Origin: an uncultured Anaerolineales bacterium
GTDB taxonomy: Bacteria; Chloroflexota; Anaerolineae; Anaerolineales; UBA4823
DNA length: 64,000 nucleotides
NCBI GenBank assembly: GCA_937928795.1
Contig: CALFWB010000040.1
Coordinates: forward strand, 98,496 to 162,495
Reading direction: 5' to 3'
The position numbers and the translations under genes are program-made. Under the pieces are notes generated by a model. That model saw nothing but the letters and a program-made list of their open reading frames with translations, searched no databases and was not told the DNA's origin. Of this stretch, positions 39,732-50,300 are shown in pieces. Each line of letters starts with the position of its first letter. The first letter of the stretch is position 1.

Positions 39732-41810
39732 ATGGTGCTTGAGCGCGGTGCGTTAGTCAATCAGCGTTATCGAATCATCGAAATCCTCGGGCAGGGGGGG
39801 ATGGGCGCAGTCTACCGCGCCATTGACGAGAATTTAGGGGTTGAGGTTGCCTTAAAAGAAAATTTGTTTACCACTGAGGAGTATGCGCGTCAGTTTCACC
39901 GCGAGGCAGTCATCCTAGCCAATTTACGTCATCCGAACTTAACCCGAGTCACCGATCACTTCATCATCGAAGGGCAAGGGCAATACTTAGTGATGGATTA
40001 TGTAGAAGGGGAAGATTTGCGCGATCGGATGGAGCGGCTGGGGGTGATCTCAGAGGAGGAAGCGGTGCAAATTGGGGCTGCAATTTGTGATGCGTTAACC
40101 TACCTCGATACTCGAACCGAGCCGATTGTCCATCGCGATATCAAGCCGGGTAACGTGAAAATCTCTCCCAATGGTCACATCTACTTAGTAGATTTTGGCT
40201 TGGCGAAAATCATTGAAGGGAATGAGGTAACAACTACTGGGGCGCGAGCGATGACGCCCGGCTATTCTCCGCCCGAACAATATGGCACTGCTCGCACCGA
40301 TCATCGTTCGGATATTTATTCGCTCGGGGCTACGCTTTATGCTGCGGTAACCGGCCATCTACCTGAAGATGGCTTGGCAAGATTAATGGGTCAAGCAGAA
40401 TTGACCAAAGTGCGAGTGAGGAACCCAAAGATTTCTCCAGCCTTTGCTGCGGTAATTGAGAAAGCCCTAGAAGTTAAGCCAGAAGACCGCTACGCCAATG
40501 CAAGAGAGTTCAAGGAGGCTCTGCTTGAGTCCCAGCGCAACCGAGACAAAGTAACTCAGCAAGAAATCAACCAGCATCTCTCCGCAACCCGTCCAAAAAC
40601 ATCTCCAGCAGAGTATGTAAGAACGCTGCAACGTTTCTTGCCGATTTTTTTTCAAAAAAGATGGTTTTATTTACCGTTGTGGGTTTGGGGCATACTAGCA
40701 TTGTTTGTGATCGGATCGGCAATCTGGTTACCATCCAGAGGTACGTCCCCCGCAATGTCTGTCTCGCCTTTGGCAGGAACGACCATGCCCTTTCCAATGG
40801 TTGCCACTCCATCCCAAACGATGAAAGTCACAACTTTTCAACCGACCGGCCAAGCGTCGTTGGTTAACACATCAACCCCCACCTTTCTTCCTTCCCTGAC
40901 CCCCCTTGGGGGAATTGTAGCCGAGGAAACCCCAACTCCGACGGTCTCGCCCACACCCTTTGGTGGTAGTCAGGGGCAAATTGCCTTTGCTTCTAATCGC
41001 TCGGGTACTAATCAGATTTGGTTAATGAATCTGGATGGTAGCGGTTTAACCCAAGTGACCGATATTCCAGAAGGAGCTTGTCAACCCAATTTTTCTTCGG
41101 ATGGAATGAGGTTGATTTTCATCTCTCCGTGTCCGGATGATAGTGAAAGCTATCCGGGCTCTGGGATGTTTCTGATCAATGTAGATGGGACGAACTTAAC
41201 TCCTTTACCCAATGTGCCGGGGGGCGATTATGACCCGGCTTGGTCTCCGGATGGGAACTGGATTGTCTTTACATCATTGCGGGTGACCAATCGCCCGCGC
41301 ATTTACTTGATGAATACCCAAACTTTGGAGGTGAAAAGGTTATCAGATGAGTTTAGCCGCGACTATCAACCCTCTTGGTCTCCGGATGGTACGAGGATTG
41401 TTTTTGTCTCGCGCCGCCAAGGACCTACTGATCTGTGGGTTATGAATCCTGACGGTTCTGGACAGCAACGGTTGACTCTGAGTGGAACCAAAATTAATGC
41501 TTCGCCTAAATGGTCGCCGGATGGGAAGTTGATTGTCTTTACCCAAGCCTTAAAACCCGGTGGAGTACCCAACTTGGCGGTATTTTCGAACGTGGAAGGT
41601 AAAACCGTTGAGTATGGTTTCAATCTGGGACCTACCCCGGTTCGTGACCCGGTATTTTCTCCCGATGGCTTGTGGATTCTCTTCACCAGTTGGCCAAGTG
41701 GAAGAAATCATGATATTTACCTGATTGCAGCCAACGGCGCAGTTAAAACCCAAATAACGGATTTCCCATCCAAAGAATTTGATCCGGCGTGGCGACCGAT
41801 TGGGCCTTAA
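39732..41810 (+). CDS. Transmembrane Ser/Thr kinase with an extracellular TolB/PD40-like beta-propeller
   Basis: HRDIKPGN, DFG and YSPPEQ, then a TM segment, a Pro/Thr linker, and repeated PxWSPDG motifs. Confidence 0.93.
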   Translation: MVLERGALVNQRYRIIEILGQGGMGAVYRAIDENLGVEVALKENLFTTEEYARQFHREAVILANLRHPNLTRVTDHFIIEGQGQYLVMDYVEGEDLRDRMERLGVISEEEAVQIGAAICDALTYLDTRTEPIVHRDIKPGNVKISPNGHIYLVDFGLAKIIEGNEVTTTGARAMTPGYSPPEQYGTARTDHRSDIYSLGATLYAAVTGHLPEDGLARLMGQAELTKVRVRNPKISPAFAAVIEKALEVKPEDRYANAREFKEALLESQRNRDKVTQQEINQHLSATRPKTSPAEYVRTLQRFLPIFFQKRWFYLPLWVWGILALFVIGSAIWLPSRGTSPAMSVSPLAGTTMPFPMVATPSQTMKVTTFQPTGQASLVNTSTPTFLPSLTPLGGIVAEETPTPTVSPTPFGGSQGQIAFASNRSGTNQIWLMNLDGSGLTQVTDIPEGACQPNFSSDGMRLIFISPCPDDSESYPGSGMFLINVDGTNLTPLPNVPGGDYDPAWSPDGNWIVFTSLRVTNRPRIYLMNTQTLEVKRLSDEFSRDYQPSWSPDGTRIVFVSRRQGPTDLWVMNPDGSGQQRLTLSGTKINASPKWSPDGKLIVFTQALKPGGVPNLAVFSNVEGKTVEYGFNLGPTPVRDPVFSPDGLWILFTSWPSGRNHDIYLIAANGAVKTQITDFPSKEFDPAWRPIGP

Positions 41811-41879
41811 TAAATCCGCCGGTTAGGAAAAACTGAACCTAGTTCAAATGTTAACACAGAAAGGGAGAAGGATGGGGAG

Positions 41880-44666
41880 ATGATGGCGATGATTGGCTGG
41901 ATTCTGGCGATCCTTGGGCAGGGGGGTATCTTTTACTTGGTGTTTCGGTTTTTACGGCTAACTCGGCGCCGAGGTTTATGGTTTGGATTGCTAGGATTGC
42001 CTCTCTTGGTAATCCTTTGGTTTGGGTATGAACTATTTCAACCGGGGCGGGAGCGTCTTTTATCTGCGTTTTTAGCGGCAGGAATCTCTATACTCAGTTC
42101 TGGGTTACTTTGGTTTCTGTTACCCTCAACAAAGGATGCTTTCACACAGTATGACCAAATCCTTGCCGAAAAAGATGAGTACCAACGAATCTTGGAACAG
42201 TTAGCGGCTCCTGTCGTCCTCAAAGACCTTGCTTTGAATTATCGCAAAGTGAACTTGAGCTTTGCTCACATGATCGGGAAGGCCGTTGAGCTACTGATCG
42301 GCCGTTCGGATGCCGATTTCTTCCCGCCAAAAATTGCCCAAGTGCTTGAGGAAGACGAAAGGAGAGCTATTGAAAGCAAGCAACCGGTAACTCGCCGAAT
42401 CGAATTAATGACGGTCAAAGGCAAACGCTGGTTTGACTTAACGTTTACACCCTTGATGGATAAATTAGGAATGACGCTGGGGGTGATCGTTGACGGTCAT
42501 GATCTCACCGATCTTGTTGAAAGAAATCAAATCTTAGAGAGCGACCTTCACCTGAAGGACGTTTTAGTTGATGCGGTTCGGAAGGTATTTGCTTGTGATA
42601 GCGAAGCGGAGCTTTGGGATGTTACGTTAGAGTTGATGGAGGAAATTGGTGATACCCCATATGTGGCTTTGGCAGTTGCCTCAGAAAATGGAGAGTTCTT
42701 CATCGTTGAAGGTTCTCGCAAAGCGGAGGTCTTTCAAATTGGGAGGTCTATTCGAGCTGCGGGGAGTCTCTTTGAGAAAGTTGCTCGGAGCGGCCAAATC
42801 CAAATATTTGAGGACACCTCAAGTTGGAGAGATGTTGTTCAGGGGGAGGAGGGAGCTGGATTGCAATGGGCAATTGGGCTGCCAATTGATCTGGATGACC
42901 GTGTTTTGTGCGTAGTGGCTTTGTTTTATCATCAGCCAGAAAAAGAGATGGTTGAACGCAGGAAGGGGGTATTTCTTGAAGGAGTTAGGCTGGTGAGTTT
43001 AGCCTTGAGGGAGCTATACGCTAAGCGTACAATGGAACAACGCTTAGCGCACGCCCGCAAGGACTTAGAACAGACTATATTGCGTCAACGCGTCGATCAC
43101 TTCCTAACTGCCTTAGCGATTCGGTTAGTGAATACGTCACCACGTCAAGTTGATCCTTTATTAGAAAAGGCAGTAGGAAGTTTTGCAGAATATTTTGACG
43201 CCGAAAAAAGTTATGTCTATCTATTCAAAAAAGAAGAAGGGGGGTTACAAGCACAATATCGTTGGTCTCGGTTCAATAGATTGTTACCACCTACAGAGAT
43301 TCCGGAGCCTTTCGATGCGGCAGTCTCGTGGTTATTAGAGAAGATTAATCGTCAAGAAGTTGTTGTCCTTTCTCGGTCGGGCGAGATTCCAGAGGCATTT
43401 CAAGTCTATTTTGATGCTCAGCAAATTGATATTCTCATAGCTGTTCCAATGGTTTTGCGCCGAACCGTGGTCGGCTATTTTGGACTAGAGGGCAATCACG
43501 ATGCGGTGGAAAAAATTTCCGATCAGATTGGCGCGATAAAGTCTATGGCCGATTTGATCATCAATGCTTTGGATCGAAAATGGAGCTCGGATGAGTTGGA
43601 AGAACGAATGAAAAGTTTGACCGAGAAAATGTCGCACCTTGAATTGCACAATCAACGGAATAAAATGTTAGCAGAGATGAGTGATTTGCTGCAATCTTGT
43701 CGGACGGCCGATGAGGCTTATCCAATTGTGGCCCGTTATGCCCAAATGCTGATGCCCCAAAGTGTCGGATCACTTTATTTGTTGCGCTCGCTTCAAGACG
43801 TGGCAGAAAAGGTCTCTCACTGGGGAAATGAGCCTAGTGGTGAGAATGAGTTGGTGTTGGACGAGTGCTGGGGGATTAGGCGAGGGAAAGTCCATCTCGC
43901 TCGAGATGCGCAGGGACCTCTCTGTGACCACTTAGGAACTCCGCTTCCTAAGCGATATATCTGTGTGCCATTGATCGCTCAAGGTGAAACGATTGGGTTG
44001 TTACACATTCGGCAAGCAGGGGATGGATCTGACAATGAGGATGGCTTGGAAGAGATGAGCAAGATCGGGGTGTCAATCGCCGAGCATGTTGCTCCGGCAT
44101 TATCGAATTTGAGTCTGAGGGATAAGCTGCGTAGCCAAGCCATTCGTGACCCATTAACTGGCTTATTCAACCGAAGATATATGGAAGAGACGTTAGATCG
44201 CGAAATCCGACGGGCAGCTCGCCATAAATATTCGGTTGGATTGATCATGGTTGACGTTGACAAAATGAAACCGATCAACGATCGCTATGGCCATGATGCG
44301 GGGGATGCGGTGCTCCGTCAGATGGGTGCCTTAATGAAAAAGATCTTCCGCGGGGAGGATGTTGCCTGCCGCTATGGAGGAGATGAGTTCATGGTAATCC
44401 TACCCGAAGCTTCTCTCTCGGATGTTTGGCAAAGGGCAGAACATTTGCGTGAAATGGTCAAGAAGGCCCAATTTGAGTACGAGGGCAAACCGATAGGACC
44501 GCTTACCCTCTCAATCGGCGTTGCGGCTTATCCCGATCTCGGATCAACTGTCGAGCGGTTGATCCAAGTCAGTGATGCAGCCGCCTATTTAGCCAAGCAT
44601 GAGGGGGGCGATCGCGTGATGATCGCTCACCATACCGACGAGAATAACAACAACAGTAGTTCTTAG
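41880..44666 (+). CDS. Membrane-anchored diguanylate cyclase (PAS, GAF-like domains, GGDEF)
   Basis: DPLTGLFNRRY, I-site RGED, and an intact RYGGDEF. Confidence 0.92.
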   Translation: MMAMIGWILAILGQGGIFYLVFRFLRLTRRRGLWFGLLGLPLLVILWFGYELFQPGRERLLSAFLAAGISILSSGLLWFLLPSTKDAFTQYDQILAEKDEYQRILEQLAAPVVLKDLALNYRKVNLSFAHMIGKAVELLIGRSDADFFPPKIAQVLEEDERRAIESKQPVTRRIELMTVKGKRWFDLTFTPLMDKLGMTLGVIVDGHDLTDLVERNQILESDLHLKDVLVDAVRKVFACDSEAELWDVTLELMEEIGDTPYVALAVASENGEFFIVEGSRKAEVFQIGRSIRAAGSLFEKVARSGQIQIFEDTSSWRDVVQGEEGAGLQWAIGLPIDLDDRVLCVVALFYHQPEKEMVERRKGVFLEGVRLVSLALRELYAKRTMEQRLAHARKDLEQTILRQRVDHFLTALAIRLVNTSPRQVDPLLEKAVGSFAEYFDAEKSYVYLFKKEEGGLQAQYRWSRFNRLLPPTEIPEPFDAAVSWLLEKINRQEVVVLSRSGEIPEAFQVYFDAQQIDILIAVPMVLRRTVVGYFGLEGNHDAVEKISDQIGAIKSMADLIINALDRKWSSDELEERMKSLTEKMSHLELHNQRNKMLAEMSDLLQSCRTADEAYPIVARYAQMLMPQSVGSLYLLRSLQDVAEKVSHWGNEPSGENELVLDECWGIRRGKVHLARDAQGPLCDHLGTPLPKRYICVPLIAQGETIGLLHIRQAGDGSDNEDGLEEMSKIGVSIAEHVAPALSNLSLRDKLRSQAIRDPLTGLFNRRYMEETLDREIRRAARHKYSVGLIMVDVDKMKPINDRYGHDAGDAVLRQMGALMKKIFRGEDVACRYGGDEFMVILPEASLSDVWQRAEHLREMVKKAQFEYEGKPIGPLTLSIGVAAYPDLGSTVERLIQVSDAAAYLAKHEGGDRVMIAHHTDENNNNSSS

Positions 44667-45328
44667 GGTTCGAGCGTTGTTTGACAGATGGGGGGTGAAT
44701 TTGCGGCACCTGGCGCAATTAAGAGCTTCCATTCGATAGTGTCTGGTGGTATATCGAACGCCAGATAGGTTCGCCAAATGGAGGAGGGCTTGATCTTATC
44801 TTGATAAAAATTATCACCTCTCACTAGGTATAGATAGTTTGTGGCAGCCTGATGTGGCGCAAGGGTAAGTTCATTGTTTTCTCGATGGAGGATTAAGGCA
44901 TAGTCTTGGCTGAAAATCTGAATGGGGTTTCGAGTGAGGTTGATGGCTTCCAAATGGAGGATTAAGAAGGTTCCCTTGGCGTGGTGTTCGAACAGGTCTT
45001 TGGTTTGCTCAGGCAAGCCGAGCAAACGGAAAGCGATGATGTTTTCACAACCTGAAAAGGTGGTTAGTTGAGCAGGGGTGAACGTTGGGGGAGGGGAAGG
45101 AGCACCGGGGATGGTTGCAGTTAGGAGGAGCGTTGCGCTGGGCAAAGGTGGAAGGGGGGTGTTGATTTTCGTGGAAGACAGGGGCGTTGAAGTTGAGGGC
45201 GAGGAAAAATTGGCGGTTGCCTGACAGGCTAAATTGAGCAAAATAAGCACGATAAGTGACACGATTGACCGTGGAGAACCGTTTAGGAAGTCCCAAAATT
45301 TCTGCACTTCACTTATCCTTAAGACCAT
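44663..45328 (-). CDS. Putative lipoprotein or exported protein with a DUF4352-like Ig-fold domain
   Basis: Hydrophobic leader ending LAC, Pro/Thr linker, then FLILHLEAINLT...YLAFDIP. Confidence 0.6.
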   Translation of the reverse strand: MVLRISEVQKFWDFLNGSPRSIVSLIVLILLNLACQATANFSSPSTSTPLSSTKINTPLPPLPSATLLLTATIPGAPSPPPTFTPAQLTTFSGCENIIAFRLLGLPEQTKDLFEHHAKGTFLILHLEAINLTRNPIQIFSQDYALILHRENNELTLAPHQAATNYLYLVRGDNFYQDKIKPSSIWRTYLAFDIPPDTIEWKLLIAPGAANSPPICQTTLEP

Positions 45329-45389
45329 AGCGGATTGTAAGGTAACCCCGCTGGGGAGCTCCGGTTGACAATTTTATCTAAAATATGGT

Positions 45390-45574
45390 TAGTTTGGGTT
45401 AGAAATTCGGATTTGTCATTTCGACGAGCGCAGCGAGGAATTCCTGTCTGTCATTTCGGCGAGCGCGGCGAGGAAAAATCTTGAGGACTTCTGCTTCGCT
45501 CGAAGTGACATGCCACGGCGCTACGCTCGAAGTGACAGGGTGACTTGTCAAGGTGGTAAGCTTATCCCGAACAC
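45390..45574 (+). repeat. TGTCA-type palindromic MITE-like element (family 2), copy B, with duplicated nested arms
   Basis: Two TGTCATTTCG-x-CGAGCGC-x-GCGAGGA left arms and two GCTCGAAGTGACA right arms, ending GGTAAGCTTATCCCGAA. Confidence 0.85.
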
Positions 45575-45594
45575 AGGTGCCTTTAGTGGTTTTT

Positions 45595-46296
45595 CTAGAT
45601 TGAAAAATCTTCTCCGTGCCAAACGCCCTGAATTGGACTATGGATTTCGGGCTCTTTGTGGTGATGACCATCAATCCTTTCCTCTAATCGCTTTACGTGC
45701 TCAATGAGCTGGGCTAGAGTTTCGCCGATAGCGTCGGGTAAACGCCCATGATCTAAGTCGGGCTTACCGTTCTGGCGTGGTTGGCTGCGCAGAAGGATCT
45801 GCCCGGGTACACCGACCACCACAGAGTTGGGGGGTACATCCTTAACCACAACAGCGTTTGCCCCAATCCGACTGTTATCACCGATCGTAATCGCTCCTAA
45901 TACTTTTGCTCCTGCCCCAACAACCACATTATTGCCTAAGGTAGGGTGCCGTTTCCCTTTATTGAGACTTGTTCCCCCCAAGGTGACACCATGGTAGAGA
46001 GTTACATTATCACCGATTTCGGTGGTCTCACCGATCACAACACCCATCCCATGATCGATAAAGAAACGTTTGCCGATTTTGGCGCCCGGATGGATTTCGA
46101 TGCCGGTTAATCCCCGCATCAGTTGTGAAAACCATCTGGCGAACAATTTAAGGCGATGAGTCCACAGCCAATGCGCTATGCGATGTCCCCAAACTGCATG
46201 TAAACCTGGATAGCAAAAAAGGACTTCTAGGAAACTGCGCGCAGCCGGATCGCGCTCAAAGACGGATTGAATATCTTCTCGAAGTGATGTAAACAT
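45595..46296 (-). CDS. cysE: Serine O-acetyltransferase
   Basis: [39 protein letters not shown] and GKRHPT. Confidence 0.97.
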   Translation of the reverse strand: MFTSLREDIQSVFERDPAARSFLEVLFCYPGLHAVWGHRIAHWLWTHRLKLFARWFSQLMRGLTGIEIHPGAKIGKRFFIDHGMGVVIGETTEIGDNVTLYHGVTLGGTSLNKGKRHPTLGNNVVVGAGAKVLGAITIGDNSRIGANAVVVKDVPPNSVVVGVPGQILLRSQPRQNGKPDLDHGRLPDAIGETLAQLIEHVKRLEERIDGHHHKEPEIHSPIQGVWHGEDFSI

Positions 46297-46418
46297 AGCA
46301 TTATCCCTGAAAACTACCTGCTGTTTGATACCGAATGATTGAGGTTCTGCTGGTTATTTAGAACGCATGAATGAAGTGCACAACTGCACGGATTTCAGCG
46401 TACCGCTTTGGGAGGTTT

Positions 46419-46496
46419 GGCGGGGATTTAGCCGCCGTTGACTTTGTGATTTGGAAAACACAAGGGGAACAACGGCGGTAATTATCCCCGCCGTTT
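46419..46496 (-). promoter_or_regulatory. Alternative-pairing leader structure (attenuator-like segments 1-4) upstream of cysE
   Basis: Segment 1 is 46496-46484, segment 2 is 46479-46470, segment 3 is 46440-46432, segment 4 is 46427-46419. Complementarities are 1:2 (8 bp), 2:3 (9 bp), 3:4 (5 bp) and 1:4 (9 bp). Confidence 0.6.
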
Positions 46497-46535
46497 ACAG
46501 GAGCATGTAAGGTGAGAGTAAATCCTTTTCATCAT
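46482..46535 (-). CDS. Putative cysteine leader peptide MMKRIYSHLTCSCKRRG (17 aa), absent from the ORF track
   Basis: ATG ATG AAA AGG ATT TAC TCT CAC CTT ACA TGC TCC TGT AAA CGG CGG GGA TAA, lying between the promoter and cysE. Confidence 0.6.
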   Translation of the reverse strand: MMKRIYSHLTCSCKRRG

Positions 46536-46558
46536 TGCATGATTGTCTATTGGTTGTA

Positions 46559-46587
46559 ATTGTAAGAAAGAAGATAAAGAATGTCAA
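46559..46587 (-). promoter_or_regulatory. Near-consensus sigma70 promoter for the cysE leader
   Basis: TTGACA (46587-46582), 17-nt spacer, TACAAT (46564-46559). Confidence 0.85.
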
Positions 46588-46650
46588 GACTTTGCGTTTT
46601 TATTAATCTCTCTCTAGTAACTTAATCTAGGGTATAATCGAATTATGAGC

Positions 46651-46724
46651 GGGCGGATAGCTCAGTTGGTTAGAGCGCCTCTCTTACACAGAGGAGGTCG
46701 GGGGTTCGAGTCCCTTTCCGCCCA
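46651..46724 (+). tRNA. tRNA-Val (anticodon TAC), CCA not encoded
   Basis: Acceptor stem GGGCGGA/TCCGCCC, anticodon arm CCTCT-CTTACAC-AGAGG, T-loop GTTCGAGTC. TATAAT at 46633-46638. Confidence 0.96.
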
Positions 46725-46731
46725 TCTGCAG

Positions 46732-46770
46732 TCATCCTATGAAGTTTATCCTTCATAGGATGATTTTATT
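46732..46770 (+). terminator. Intrinsic terminator after tRNA-Val
   Basis: 13-bp perfect stem TCATCCTATGAAG/CTTCATAGGATGA followed by TTTTATT. Confidence 0.8.
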
Positions 46771-46830
46771 AACTTGACCGAAAGCATTCAAAGGACTAGA
46801 ATTGAGGCAGAGCGCATCCGCGAGGGAAGT

Positions 46831-47232
46831 ATGTCTCTACCGGAGAAGTCGTCAAGGACAGGACTGGCTTGGCAAATTTTGGTGATCGCTTTGGTATTAG
46901 GGGTTGGGGCTTTAATTTTTTATTTCCTTGGAGCTTTCAATTCAAGACCGCAGGGATACCGCTCGATTACCTATCGAGTGGAAGGGACTGCTTCAACCGC
47001 GGTTGTCACCTATACCCAGCCCAACGGATCCAAGACAGAGTTAATCGAGATTGGCGTGCCCTGGCATAAAACCATGAATTTTCCTAAAGGGATGATCGTT
47101 GTTCTGACGGTTGGTAATCCAACCCAAACAGGAGATTTAAAGTGCAAATTATTACTCGATGGAAAAGAATGGAAAGAGCAATTTGCCAAATCACCCAAGG
47201 ACAAGGTCTCTTGTGGGGGAATTATCCCGTAA
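46831..47232 (+). CDS. Single-TM protein with an MmpS-like beta-sandwich domain
   Basis: TM segment, then ITYRVEG...VTY...PW...LKCKLLLDG...VSC. Start reassigned to ATG 46831. Confidence 0.6.
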   Translation: MSLPEKSSRTGLAWQILVIALVLGVGALIFYFLGAFNSRPQGYRSITYRVEGTASTAVVTYTQPNGSKTELIEIGVPWHKTMNFPKGMIVVLTVGNPTQTGDLKCKLLLDGKEWKEQFAKSPKDKVSCGGIIP

Positions 47233-47326
47233 ACGGAGGAAAACTTTACCCTTTTCGAGACAAAGCCGAAACAATCCGTATCATCCGAGCACAACATCTA
47301 AAAAAACAATCTAAAAGGAGCATAAC

Positions 47327-50300
47327 ATGACAGATTATTTATTCCGGGGTTCTATTGAGGACTTCGATCGCGATCTCAAGGAACTAATAGAGCTGGAAAC
47401 TGAACGACAGGTGCGCAAATTGATCTTGATTCCCAGCGAAAGCACAGCACCTTTGGCGGTTCGTGAAATCCTAAGTTCTGCTTTTCAAAACATCTATGCC
47501 GAAGGATATCCTCCGGAGGAAAGCCGCAGATATAGCGAAAATGAAATCTTCGATTATGATTTTCAACTTTCGTTATATCGGCGATATTCTGATCTGCGCT
47601 ACTATAAGGGGGTCGAATACGCTAACATTGTGGAGATGTTAGCTAGGCGTCGCTGTGCTGAGCTGTTTGCCAACGATAGGGTGAAGGTTGATGATGTTTT
47701 TGTTAACGTCCAAGCGCTCTCGGGTGCACCGGCAAATAATGCCGTTTTCCATGCCTTACTAAACCCCGGTGACCCTATCTTAGGAATGAGTCTGGTACAT
47801 GGGGGGCATCTGACCCATGGCTCTCCGGTCAATCGTTCAGGAAAACTTTATCAAGCTTATCATTACACCGTTGATCCTGAAACAGAACAAATCAATTATG
47901 AAAGCGTTCAAGAATTAGCTGAGCAAGTTCGCCCAAAAATCCTTATTGCGGGCTACTCGTCCTATCCTTGGGCGGTAGATTGGGAGCGCTTTGCTCAAAT
48001 TGCCCATTCTGTGGGTGCTATCTTGATGGCGGACATTGCCCACGTGGCAGGTTTGGTTGCGGCGGGTGTTTATCCCTCTCCGTTGGGTTATGCAGACGTC
48101 ATCACCTTTACAACGCATAAATCCCTCTGCGGTCCGCGCGGGGCGTGTATCCTAACCACCGATGCAACTTTGGCAAAGAAAATCGATCGGGCGGTTTTCC
48201 CAGGCGAGCAGGGTGGTCCGCATGTGAATACCTTTGCAGCCATGGCTTTAGCCTTCAAACTTGCCCAAAGCGAACAATTTCGCCAATTGCAAGCGCAGGT
48301 GGTCAAAAATTGTGCTGCCTTGACCCACAGATTGCGAGAGTTGGGTTGTCGGATTGCTTATGGTGGGAGCAATACCCACCTGACCAATTTGGATTGTCGC
48401 ACGTTTGTCGGTCCAGACGGGACGACCCTTTCAGGTGACCAAGCCGCCCGCATCTTAGATATCGCCGGAATTGTGGTCAATCGCAATACCATCCCCGGTG
48501 ATACATCGGCAGCCGATCCTTCCGGAATACGTATGGGAACACCGTGGATCACCCAACGCGGTCTCAAAGAAGAACAAATGCACAAGATCGCCGAGTTGAT
48601 TGTGGAGTTGTTGCGAGCAACCAAGCCCTATACTTATGCTGTGCGGGTAGCGAATCTACGGCGCGCAAAAGTGGATTTTGATACCCTAGAGACGGTCAAA
48701 ATTCAAGTTCGGCAGTTAGCCGAGCAAGCAGGTTCTGACGAAAAAATTGGCAATCATGGTTATCCGCACTTTTACTTCATTGACGACTCCTATGCTTCCG
48801 ACTCTGGAATGGTTTCATTTGTTATCAAGGGAGATACCGTGCGTCAGTTTTTGAATTACGCTACCGATGTCGATGTTTCTACCCTGGAGCCAGATGAAGC
48901 TTGTCCGGTTCACATTTCTGCGCCGAAATTGAGTGTGGAAGGAATTTTAGCCTGCCGTGCAGAGAGAGAATTTGTTTTATCCTTGCCGGTCAAAGAAGCT
49001 GCCCATATCGCGGCTTGGTTGCGCGCCCTTTCGGATGGGTACGTTGACTTTGAGCACAAAGAAGGGGCAACCGATCGGGTCATGAAAAAACTGCCCGGCC
49101 CAGTGATTGTCAAAGAAACAGAAAGTAGCCCATTACCGCAAGTGTCCCAGAAGTCCAGTAGCCTCGAAAAGCCCTACTTCATTGGGCTTGGTGGCGGGAA
49201 TGGTGAAGCAAAGCCCGATTTCCAGTGGGTCCAAAGCGAAGGCGAGCTGAAGCGCACTCCCCTGTACGAATTACACCGCCAATTGGGGGCAAAATTGATC
49301 CCCTTTGCCGGGTGGGAGATGCCGGTTTGGTATAGCTCGGTGATTGAGGAACATCAAGCCACCCGCACGGCTGCCGGGTTGTTCGATGTCGCTCATATGG
49401 GGGTTTATCAAGTGGAAGGAGCGGATTCAGCCGCTTTTCTGGATAGCGTATGCGGAAATGACATTGGCGGCTTAGAAGTTGGTGAGTCTTGCTATACCCA
49501 TTTCCTTGATCCCGATGCAAATGTGATTGACGATACGCTGGTTTATCGCCGTGCCCTGGATGCCTTTCTGGTCGTGGTCAATGCTTCCAATGACGATAAG
49601 AATTGGGCCTGGCTGAATGCGGTTTTGGAAGGCAAGGTTTGCATCGATCGCCAACGTCCCTGGGCGCGAGCTTTTGGACGCAAAGCCCGCCTGCGCAACT
49701 TGCGAGACCCCAAAGAAGGCAATGATATGCGGGTAGATATTGCCCTACAGGGTCCAAGATCACGAGAGATCTTATTAGCGTTGGGGGTTGACAACGAAAC
49801 GCGCAAGAAGATCGTAGCCCTGAAGCGTACAGAATTGTGTGATGCGATTGTGGGCGGTTTTGACTTGATCATCTCCCGCACCGGTTATACGGGCGAAAAG
49901 ATGGCATTTGAGCTTTTTGTTCATCCACAGCGCGCTGCCGAGCTGTTTAAAGCCCTACTGGAAAAAGGTGAACCGTTTGGGATCAAACCGGTGGGATTGG
50001 GGGCACGCGATTCGCTCCGCACCGAAGCCGGCTTGCCGCTTTATGGACACGAGATGGGCGAGGGTTCCGGTAAACGCGGTGAACGGGATTTGGGGGTGGC
50101 AGAGGGTGGCTTTGGCAGTTATGTTAAACTCCACAAGCCGTGGTTCATCGGCCGGCAAGCGTTTGTAGAACGCGAAAAGACGCGCAAAGGGGTCGTTGTA
50201 CGCTTTCAGTTTTTGGAGAAGGGCGTGCGGATGGCGCATGGTGGAGATCCGGTCTTGGATAAGCGCGGTCGGGTGATCGGCTGGGTTACCAGTTGTGCTG

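Noticed and set aside
46297-46560. T-box riboswitch upstream of cysE
   Set aside because: No AGAGA/GNUG stem-I motifs and no GGUGGNACC T-box sequence are recognisable.
47233-47326. Glycine, ZTP or THF riboswitch upstream of glyA-gcvT
   Set aside because: Only GGAG and GCCGAA fragments are present. The glycine aptamer GAAGGAGCAA/CUCUCAGG cores are absent, and the region is short and A-rich.
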